Positions 24,221-32,014 of a stretch of DNA of 58,239 bases are shown here, in pieces. This DNA is from Phycisphaerales bacterium (GTDB taxonomy: Bacteria; Planctomycetota; Phycisphaerae; Phycisphaerales; UBA1924), in assembly GCA_047620485.1 (NCBI GenBank), contig JBLHKT010000027.1, forward strand, positions 1-58,239, in the 5' to 3' direction. The notes beneath the pieces were generated by a model. It worked only from the letters and a program-made list of their open reading frames with translations, was not told where the DNA came from and did no database searches. The translations under genes were made by a program, and so were the position numbers. The first letter of the stretch is position 1; the number at the start of each line of letters is the position of its first letter.

Positions 24221-26368
24221 TCAAGCATTGGTGTCCCTCCACGAGTCTCGGAGCCTGAGCCCAACACGCCCTTTGGTGGGCGGTCCGCCGATACGCTTGG
24301 TCGTGGTGCGGAACCCTCGTTTGTCCAGTTCCTTCCCCAGCCACCGGCCGCCGGACGACCGTTCGCCCTCGCCCCTGGCCCAGTTCTCGTACGCCGAGTT
24401 GACAGTCGCCCAAGGGGTGAAGAGGGAAGAGTCCTCGGGCCGCACGTCCGTCTCGAAGCACTCCTCGATGAACCTCCCGGTGATGTCCTCCTCAGATCTG
24501 TATTCGGAAGTCGCCAGCTTGACCGCCGTTGGCTCGCCGAGTCCGTCTCGCTGCCACGCCAGGCACCCCCGGACGAGCTTGGCCAGGATTCCCGGCCATT
24601 CGAGCTTGAGCTTCTCGATCAGTTGCGGGTCCCGCTCTTCCGCCGGGATGACCACATCGAACGGGATCATGCGGAGCCGCCTCCAGACCGCCTCGGACTG
24701 CTCACGGATCTGCGGGCGGTTGTTGGTCACGAGGACTGTCTTGTGCGTCCGGGCGAATGAGAAGTAGTCCTGCCGCATGTACCGGCCCTTGAGAGTCGCG
24801 TCCCCGGTGAGCCGCTTAACCATCTGGAGTTTGAGAGCCGCACCCTCTTCGGTCTCCGAGGCCACGACCAGCCGACGCCCGCGAAGGTCGGCGATCTCGG
24901 TCGGGTGTTCGCTGTGTCTGGATTCGAGCAGCAGTAACGGTGGCGCTTCACAGGCGTAGTCGCCCATGATTCCGGCGATCGTGTCGAGCAGCACGGACTT
25001 CCCATTGGCTCCTGCGCCGTGCAGGATGGGGAAGACCTGCTCACTGATGTCGCCCGTGAGGCAGTGGCCCAAGAACCGCACCACAAACTCAATGAGTTCC
25101 TCGTCGCCGCCGAGGACGCGAGCCAGGAAGTCGTCGAACAAGGAGCACCCAGCGTTCGGGTCGAAGACTACCGGGGCGAGCTTCGTGATCAGATCATCGC
25201 GGTCGTGCGGGTGAATCTTGCCGGTGCGAAGGTCGATCGTTCCATTGAGGACGTTCAGGTTCCATTGGTCGTTATCGAGGTCCTCGACACGAACGGTGCA
25301 ACCGCGCTGGGACTTGGCGATGAGGATGACCGCCTCGTGCCTCGCTCGGGACTCGCATTTTCGCGCCCACTCTCTGGTCTTTGTCCGGGAATCTTCATCG
25401 AGGCCGTCCGCGTCCTTGCCGATCTGACGGGCCAGTTCCCCGGCCAGTCGGAGCGGGGTGCCCTCGTCGTCGTCGCGCCATCGGCACCCATCCCAAGCCA
25501 ACCACTTCCCGGTGCTGTGGCAGAACCGAACCCGGTCCCCAAACGTGCTGGCGAACCGCTCGGCATTGCCGAGATCGGTCAGGGGGAACGGGGTCGGCGA
25601 CGACGGGTTGCTCGCCGGGGGGTACTTCGCGATGCTTCGTGCGATCCCCGAGACTTCCTCAGCCTCGAGCGGCGGGACGCACATCTCGATGTTGGCTTGC
25701 TGGAGCGCTACGTTGATCACGGCCTCGGACATGCCGCGCCGTCGCATCGAGCCCGCGAGGCTGGTCAGGCTGCCGTTGCGATCTCCGTCCGGGATCGAAC
25801 CTGAGCCGTCCGTGGATTGGATCACGTTCCGTGGCTTCTTCGCCTTCGCCGCGGCGACGAGCCATCCCGGGGCCACCGGCAACTCTCTCGGCGGAACGTC
25901 GAGGTCGCCGTCAAGCCACCGGTACTCGCCGTCAGAGCGGCGGCTCGGTGTCGCGACGATGTACCCGCCGTCGGCACGGACATCGACATGGTCAGCGATC
26001 AGGCTCTGGCTATTGCGAACCCCGGCTCCCTCCGGTTGGCGGAAGATGAGGTGTCGGCCGCCCCGAGGAGTTTGAGAGATCGGGGCCCCGGCGAGTTCGA
26101 ACTGCAGCTCGGGCTGATCGGACAACCACGGGTTGTCAGCTCCGTCAATGTCCACGACGAGCAGCCCCTCGGTCCAGATCCCGAGGTTGGCGTTGGGATG
26201 CCGCGTCCACCAAGACTCGATCTGCTCCGGATCGGTCGTCGCGTCCTTGAACCCGTGCGTTGTGAGAGGTTTCGACTTGCCTGGCAGCAGCGGGAACACT
26301 GGGTAGCCAAGCTCCGCGTACTTCAAAGCCGCATCGATTAAGGATTGAGATCGGTTGTGTTGGATCAT
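24221..26368 (-). CDS. Bifunctional primase-polymerase (Prim-Pol N-terminal) / D5-P4-type SF3 helicase (715 aa)
   Basis: Prim-Pol motifs (VFPLLPGKSKPL..., LLVVDIDG) and a P4/D5 C-terminal NTPase with Walker A GAGANGKS. Start taken at MIQHNRS. Confidence 0.8.
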   Translation of the reverse strand: MIQHNRSQSLIDAALKYAELGYPVFPLLPGKSKPLTTHGFKDATTDPEQIESWWTRHPNANLGIWTEGLLVVDIDGADNPWLSDQPELQFELAGAPISQTPRGGRHLIFRQPEGAGVRNSQSLIADHVDVRADGGYIVATPSRRSDGEYRWLDGDLDVPPRELPVAPGWLVAAAKAKKPRNVIQSTDGSGSIPDGDRNGSLTSLAGSMRRRGMSEAVINVALQQANIEMCVPPLEAEEVSGIARSIAKYPPASNPSSPTPFPLTDLGNAERFASTFGDRVRFCHSTGKWLAWDGCRWRDDDEGTPLRLAGELARQIGKDADGLDEDSRTKTREWARKCESRARHEAVILIAKSQRGCTVRVEDLDNDQWNLNVLNGTIDLRTGKIHPHDRDDLITKLAPVVFDPNAGCSLFDDFLARVLGGDEELIEFVVRFLGHCLTGDISEQVFPILHGAGANGKSVLLDTIAGIMGDYACEAPPLLLLESRHSEHPTEIADLRGRRLVVASETEEGAALKLQMVKRLTGDATLKGRYMRQDYFSFARTHKTVLVTNNRPQIREQSEAVWRRLRMIPFDVVIPAEERDPQLIEKLKLEWPGILAKLVRGCLAWQRDGLGEPTAVKLATSEYRSEEDITGRFIEECFETDVRPEDSSLFTPWATVNSAYENWARGEGERSSGGRWLGKELDKRGFRTTTKRIGGPPTKGRVGLRLRDSWRDTNA

Positions 26369-26420
26369 GTTTATGCCCCCCCAGGCACCCCGACGAACGC
26401 CGGGTGTTGTTCGAGTTGCT

Positions 26421-26849
26421 CTACCCCGCGCTGGTCTCACCAATGAGCCGCGCCCAAATACGTCGTTGTTCTTCCCAGTCCACGACCGCCGCGATCGGGC
26501 GGACCTCCCGCTCGGTCACGGGGTCGCGGCCCGACTCGACTCGTGGCAGGTCGAGGATCGCTTCTTGAATGTCGGGCGCGAGGTGGAGCAGGTTCATGAT
26601 TTGCGTGATCCGGGCTCGTGTGACGTGCCCGACCTCGGCCAACTCGGCCTGAGTCCTGGCGGCCCCCGATTCCAGCAGGCCTTCGAGCCGGATCGCCAGC
26701 GCCATGAGGCGGGCGAGCCGGGGCACTCTGCCCGGCGGCGGTGGGGGTGTGCGAGGCGCCTCTCCGGCTCGGAGCCTGCGGCCACGCCCGCCGCGGGCAA
26801 AGTGCACCGGCGTCGATCTTGTGCGTCTGGATGATCCGGTGACTGTCAT
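26421..26849 (-). CDS. Small HTH protein (142 aa) with Arg/Pro-rich N-terminus, ParB/KorB-like helix-turn-helix
   Basis: ...TQAELAEVGHVTRARITQIMNLLHLAPDIQEAI.... Start ATG overlaps the serine-recombinase stop (ATGA). Confidence 0.45.
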   Translation of the reverse strand: MTVTGSSRRTRSTPVHFARGGRGRRLRAGEAPRTPPPPPGRVPRLARLMALAIRLEGLLESGAARTQAELAEVGHVTRARITQIMNLLHLAPDIQEAILDLPRVESGRDPVTEREVRPIAAVVDWEEQRRIWARLIGETSAG

Positions 26850-28351
26850 GCGGCGGCCTCCTCAAGCTCGTCGGCGTGGAAGTGCACGTGTACGGACTCG
26901 GTTGCGGCGTCCCACTCGACCCCCGCGACCATCTCGCGAACGAGGTCAGCTCGCTCGGAGGGCGTGAGCGCGTCCCAGACCGGGTCGAAGGCCTCGGCGG
27001 CCCCGACCAGCTCGTCCGGGTCGATCAGTTTCTGCTCGTCGCGAGCGATGCGGCGGTCCAGTGACCTGAGCTGCGTCGTGAGCCGCTCGGCCTCGTTCGG
27101 GTCGGCGGCGGCCTCGAGCCGTGCCGCGAGTCTTGGGCGCTCAGCCTGCCGCGCGTCGGCGTTCTCGATCAGGACCTCCATGGCGTGACTGACCACGGCC
27201 CGCAGCGTCTCGTCTTCGCCCGCGACGGCCCGGATCTCGTCGATCACGATCCGCTCCAGGTCGGTCGCGGGGAGCGACGGGGCGGGGCAGGTGTCCCACC
27301 CGAGCTTCTGGGCCTTGCCGCAAACGTAGTACTGGTACCGCCGGGCCTTGCCCGAGCCGCCAGCCTTGCTGACGTAGTGGTGCCCCATGCCGCACCCGCA
27401 CGCCGTGCAGCGGACGAGCCCCTTGAGCAGCGCCCCGTGCTTGTTGCCAACCCTCGAGCCCGAGGTACGGCCGTTGAGCTTCAGCTGGGCCTGCACCCGG
27501 TCGAACAGGCCCTGATCCACGATCGCGTCGTGCTCGCCCTCAAAGATCTCTTCGTGGTGCCTGACCTTGCCGACATAGACGACGTTGGTGAGCATCGCGT
27601 AGACCGTCCCCTTGTCGAGCGCGGCCCCGCCCTGCGGCTTGTCCTTCTTGCTGGTCCACGCCTTCGTGGTCCACCCTCGCTTGCGGCACTCGCGGACCAC
27701 CGGCATGAGCGACCCGTCCTCCAGGTACAGCTCGAAGACCCGCCGCACCCGCTCGGCCTCGGATTCGTTGACGTGGAGCTTCGAGCCGCCGGGCCCCGGG
27801 ACCAGGTCGTACCCGAGCACGGGCCGACCCCCGGCCCACTTGCCCTTGCGGCGGGCCCCGGCGATCTTGTCGCGGGTCCGCTCGGAGACCAGCTCCCGTT
27901 CGAACTGGGCGAAGCTGAGCAGGACGTTCATCATGAGGCGGCCCATCGAGTCGGCCGTGTTGAACGCCTGCGTGGCCGACACGAACGCGACGCCGTGGCG
28001 ATCGAAGACCTCGATCATCTTTGTGAAGTCCACGAGGGACCGGCTCAGGCGATCGAGCTTGTAGACCACGACGGAGTCGATCTTCCCGGCCTCGATATCG
28101 GCCAGGAGCCGTTTGAGCGCGGGCCGTTCCATGTGGCCGCCGCTGATCCCGCCGTCGTCGTACTTCTCGGGCAGGCAGACCCAGCCCTTGGACTTCTGAC
28201 TTTCGATGTACGACTCGCACGAGTCACGCTGCGCGTCCAGAGAATTGAACTCCAACGCGAGCCCCTCTTCAGAACTCTTCCGCGTGTAGATCGCGCACCG
28301 GACCAGCTTGGTCTTCTCGGTTTCGCTCATCCTTGAGCTGGCCTTGCTCAT
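26846..28351 (-). CDS. Large serine recombinase (resolvase catalytic domain, recombinase domain and zinc-ribbon, about 500 aa)
   Basis: CAIYTRKSSEEG...DAQRD...VVYKLDRLSRS catalytic motifs, then a recombinase domain and CTACGCGMGHHYV...YYVCG zinc ribbon, then a C-terminal coiled coil. Confidence 0.9.
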   Translation of the reverse strand: MSKASSRMSETEKTKLVRCAIYTRKSSEEGLALEFNSLDAQRDSCESYIESQKSKGWVCLPEKYDDGGISGGHMERPALKRLLADIEAGKIDSVVVYKLDRLSRSLVDFTKMIEVFDRHGVAFVSATQAFNTADSMGRLMMNVLLSFAQFERELVSERTRDKIAGARRKGKWAGGRPVLGYDLVPGPGGSKLHVNESEAERVRRVFELYLEDGSLMPVVRECRKRGWTTKAWTSKKDKPQGGAALDKGTVYAMLTNVVYVGKVRHHEEIFEGEHDAIVDQGLFDRVQAQLKLNGRTSGSRVGNKHGALLKGLVRCTACGCGMGHHYVSKAGGSGKARRYQYYVCGKAQKLGWDTCPAPSLPATDLERIVIDEIRAVAGEDETLRAVVSHAMEVLIENADARQAERPRLAARLEAAADPNEAERLTTQLRSLDRRIARDEQKLIDPDELVGAAEAFDPVWDALTPSERADLVREMVAGVEWDAATESVHVHFHADELEEAAA

Positions 28352-28863
28352 GCCGAGCCCCCTCGCTTGGGTTTGGTGAGCCCGAAAAAGAGATAGCCGT
28401 TCCAATGGCTCCCGGTGATCGCGTGGGCGACCGCCGAGAGCGAGCGGTACGCCGTGCCCTCGTGTTCGAAGCCATTGGAAAGGACCGTCACCCGGTGCTC
28501 GATCCCCTTGAACTCCCGTGTCAGAACCGAGCCGGCGATCGGGAGGCGCTCGTCGGGGCGGCGGGCCACGGTGCCCGTCACGGTCCGCACAGCCGCCCCC
28601 AGAGCGACCCCCGAACTCTCCCAGTCGGACGGCGGGCGGACACGCAGGTCGGCGTCACGGGCCAGCTCCGCGGCCCTGACGCGGGCACGCTCGGTGAGGT
28701 CGCCCTCGACCTGTGCCTGCAGCCGCCACGCGATCCTGCGGATCATCCAGCGGCGGTTGGACGAGCGGGTGCCCTCGCCGTACACCTCGGCGTACCGGTC
28801 ACGCAGCTGGCCGACGGTCAGCTCATCGAGCGAGTCGATCTGATCTCGGGTGTGGTCCGTCAT
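28348..28863 (-). CDS. DUF2924-family protein (171 aa), the usual upstream partner of large serine recombinases
   Basis: LDELTVGQLRDRYAEVYGEGTRSSNRRWMIRRIAWRLQ... matches my recollection of DUF2924. Its stop abuts the recombinase start. Confidence 0.55.
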   Translation of the reverse strand: MTDHTRDQIDSLDELTVGQLRDRYAEVYGEGTRSSNRRWMIRRIAWRLQAQVEGDLTERARVRAAELARDADLRVRPPSDWESSGVALGAAVRTVTGTVARRPDERLPIAGSVLTREFKGIEHRVTVLSNGFEHEGTAYRSLSAVAHAITGSHWNGYLFFGLTKPKRGGSA

Positions 28864-29510
28864 CGCGTCTCCCTTCCGGCCCGCATCGCGCAGGCCTCTC
28901 GCGTCTCGCCCGGTAAACCGGACGGGACACTGAGGTCTTGCGAGTGGGGGAGTTCAAGCGATGTCGGGAGAGATTCTGAGCGTGACGGGAGCGCATCGAT
29001 AACGCGGGCCAAGCCGATGCTGAGCGCCTCGACCAATGGCCCGGGCGGTGTGCGCGATGAAAGATGTGCGGTCAGCCCACCGGGACGAAGCCCGGCCAAC
29101 TCGAAGTTTTCCCCCACCATGTCTGCCCCCCCCGAGGCTTGCAGAGCGTGATCTCGCGTCCCGTCCGGCCCCCCAGCCGAGTACTCCCGCGACGCCGGAG
29201 CACGCCCCGAATCGAGTACAATTATAGGCCACTGGTTAACGCGAAGCACTGCTTGGGCCGATCGAAATATTGTATTCGATAGCGACCTGTCGAGCGGTGC
29301 GCGGCCAGGCCCGTGGCATTGATGCCCTGCCCGTGCGGCCGAGCAGGGCCTGCCCGTCGCGGAGTGCTTTGAGTCGGTCGTTCGGGTCTGGATGGGCTTG
29401 GGTGTTGGCATCGCACCCATTGTGTGCACGTGTCAACCGGTGGATTGTCAGGGGCAATGACGAAGCGACTCTGTGAAGAGTAAACGGGCTGAGCGGAGAC
29501 TTGGTGAAGA

Positions 29511-30356
29511 CTAAGTGCCTGAATTTCTTTCGAGCGAGGCGGCCCAAGCCTCGGCAATCTGCCGAGGTTGCTCGAAGTCCCCGCGCTCGACCGCGACGAT
29601 CATGGCTTCGATCTCCGTGGCGGTGAACCGGCGATTGGCGGCGGCCCGACCAAGGGGGCTAGGCGCGACCCCGGCGGCCTCGCGGATCCGGTCGAACTTG
29701 GACGAACTGAGAGAGGCTCCCCCGGCTCCGGCGATCTCGATCAACTGGGTCTTGGTCAGTCCCCGGAAGCCGCCCGGCCATTCGTACCCGGACCTCTGGT
29801 GCGGGTGCAGAGCGGTTACCAACGCGCTGAGCGTCCGAACCGCGAGAGCCACGGCCTCCTCTGGGAAACTCGTGGTGCCGACCCGGTCCACACCGAATGG
29901 GTTGGCGGGCCGCATCAGGTGGTCCCCGGGCTCCTCGCCGGAAAACAGGAAGGGTGGGCGGGGGAAGAGCTCGATCAGCCGACCTAGCGCGGAACTAGCG
30001 GGCTGGAGATCGAGACGCAACTTCGCGGGCGGCTCGATCTGGAGAGCCACATCAAGGCGCGCGACAGCGGCCTCCCACTCGGCCCACCAGGAGATGGCCT
30101 GATCCCTGGCGGCCTGCCGAGCCGCCTCAATCGACTCCTCCGTCTCGCCCTTGCTTAGGAATTCGGTCCCGTCCGGATGGATCACTCCCCCGGCACCGTC
30201 GCCGGGGCGGGCACGCTTGGCATCGGCCCACTGGGTGGCGATGGTGGCCGCGAAGCGGGTCAGCCGGGCCACGTCGTTCGTTGCCCGGTGGAGTTCCCGC
30301 AGACGGGTATCGCCGGGCTTCGTGCAGTCGTAGTCCGATGTCGCGGTCGCCGCCAT
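29511..30356 (-). CDS. Hypothetical protein (about 280 aa) inside the integrative element
   Basis: ORF only; the start could also be at 30395. No domain recognised. Confidence 0.4.
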   Translation of the reverse strand: MAATATSDYDCTKPGDTRLRELHRATNDVARLTRFAATIATQWADAKRARPGDGAGGVIHPDGTEFLSKGETEESIEAARQAARDQAISWWAEWEAAVARLDVALQIEPPAKLRLDLQPASSALGRLIELFPRPPFLFSGEEPGDHLMRPANPFGVDRVGTTSFPEEAVALAVRTLSALVTALHPHQRSGYEWPGGFRGLTKTQLIEIAGAGGASLSSSKFDRIREAAGVAPSPLGRAAANRRFTATEIEAMIVAVERGDFEQPRQIAEAWAASLERNSGT

Positions 30357-30589
30357 GCGTGCACCTCTTCCATGAGCAGCCCGGAGGTCGGGCAATGCAC
30401 GAACAGCCTACACCCACTACCTGAGGGTAATTCCTGCGCATGTGGTAGAGCCATGCTGAGTGGAAATCAAATGTCAATGCACCACGGAACACTAAGTCCT
30501 CGACGCACGCCGCCGAGGCAGGGGCCGTGTTTGTCGGTCTCGCCGTGACGACTTCGGCAGGTTGAAGCTGGAGGGGCGGTGAGTTCGGG

Positions 30590-32014
30590 TTAACACCCCG
30601 TCAGAAACGCAGCAATGAACGACCCGATGTCGCTGTTGTCGAGGATGCCGTCGGCATTGAGATCCGCGGCGATGTCACCGGTGAGGAAGAGACCCACAAA
30701 CACACCGATGTCGCCGAAGTCGAGGATGCCGTCGTCGTTGAGGTCGGCGTGACACGGCCCGGGGCTGGCGACCGCGGCGGCGATATCGAGCATCCCCACG
30801 CCGATCACGTCCTCGAACCCCGGGTTCGCACCCGAGATATCCCGCGCGGTCTTGCGGAGGATCCAGCGGAAGTCGTCCCACCGCCGGATCGTTCCCTTCT
30901 GGATGAGCAACGCCGCGGTGCCGGCAACCAGCGGGGCCGCGAGGCTCGTGCCGTCCGCTTCTCCAAATGAGCTGGGGGGCAGCGCGGGGCCGCACAGCAT
31001 CGCGGGGATCGCCCCGGTCAGGGAGGTGCCCGGGACCGAGATGAAATAATCCACGCCATAGTTGCTGAACCCGGCCAGTGAGCCGCTCTCATCGACCGCG
31101 ACGACCCCTGCGACCTTGCGCATCGCGGCCGGGTACTCGGGGATGTCGCTCGAGTTGTTGCCGGCCGCGGCAACGAGGATGATGCCCTGAGCGGCGGCGT
31201 CGTCCACCGCGCGATCGAGGATGCGCAGATCCGCCCTTGTGCTGAGGCTCAGGTTGATGACATCGGCGTTGTTGTCGATCGCGTAATAGATCGCCTTGGC
31301 GACCCGAAATGCGGTGGTGTGCCCCTCGTCGTTGACGATCCGGATGGGCAGGATCGTCGCGTCTGGCGCGACCATCAACGCGAGTGAGGCGACCGCGGTG
31401 CCGTGCCCGACCATCTCATCGATCAACCCGTCCCCGTCGTCGTCGATCCCGTTGCACACATCGGCGAACGCGGCCGGGTCATTGATGGCGGGGTCGTTCA
31501 GGAATGAGATCGCCAACGGAGAGATGGAGCCCTCGAGATTGGGATGCGTGGGATCAACCCCGCTGTCGATCACCGCGATGGTCACCCCCGCTCCGGTCAC
31601 CGTGGCCTGGGCCGCTTCCACGCCCATGGCCTGGCGCACCGGCTGCTGCTGGAACTGCTCGGGCGGGGTCATCAGAAAGATGCTCTGCGTCCCTGAGCCC
31701 GGGTCGCCCGAGAGGTAATTCAGCTCGCTGTGATCGATATCCGCATCGGTGGCAAAGAGAATCTCGAACGCGTCCGGCGTCATCTGCAGCTCAAGTGACA
31801 CCAGGTGGATCCCACGCGACGCGATCGAGTCGCGCACCACAAACCCGTAGCGTGCGGCGACCGCCTGGATCGAGGCCCCCGGGACGAGCTCGAGGATGCC
31901 CTCGCCCGAGAGGGGCTGATCGCCTTGTGGGCCAGCCGCCGCGACCGCGGTAAGCGTGATCAGGGACGACGCGAGAATCGATAGCCGTGTTAGTACAAGC
32001 ATTCTGGTTCTCAT
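30590..32014 (-). CDS. Secreted subtilisin-like serine protease (peptidase S8, D-H-S triad) with C-terminal GC-type dockerin-like tandem repeats ending ...FLTGC
   Basis: VIDSGVD, HGTAVAS and GTSLAAPLVAG catalytic motifs, signal peptide MRTRMLVLTRLSILASSLITLTAVAAA, and a C-terminal DLNDDGILDFGDIGVFVGLFL / DLNADGILDNSDIGSFIAAFLTGC module. Its start overlaps the CHAT gene stop (TAATG). Confidence 0.85.
   Translation of the reverse strand: MRTRMLVLTRLSILASSLITLTAVAAAGPQGDQPLSGEGILELVPGASIQAVAARYGFVVRDSIASRGIHLVSLELQMTPDAFEILFATDADIDHSELNYLSGDPGSGTQSIFLMTPPEQFQQQPVRQAMGVEAAQATVTGAGVTIAVIDSGVDPTHPNLEGSISPLAISFLNDPAINDPAAFADVCNGIDDDGDGLIDEMVGHGTAVASLALMVAPDATILPIRIVNDEGHTTAFRVAKAIYYAIDNNADVINLSLSTRADLRILDRAVDDAAAQGIILVAAAGNNSSDIPEYPAAMRKVAGVVAVDESGSLAGFSNYGVDYFISVPGTSLTGAIPAMLCGPALPPSSFGEADGTSLAAPLVAGTAALLIQKGTIRRWDDFRWILRKTARDISGANPGFEDVIGVGMLDIAAAVASPGPCHADLNDDGILDFGDIGVFVGLFLTGDIAADLNADGILDNSDIGSFIAAFLTGC

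Larger units (their letters stand above)
20340..30590. mobile_element. About 10-kb integrative-element/prophage remnant: degraded tyrosine recombinase, large serine recombinase plus DUF2924, ParB-MTase, primase-helicase, H1-like/HARE-HTH, HTH and zinc-ribbon proteins
   Basis: The gene content is the classic mobilome cargo. Local drops in GC occur around 21.35 kb and 29.2 kb. No clean att direct repeats found by eye at either end. Confidence 0.6.
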
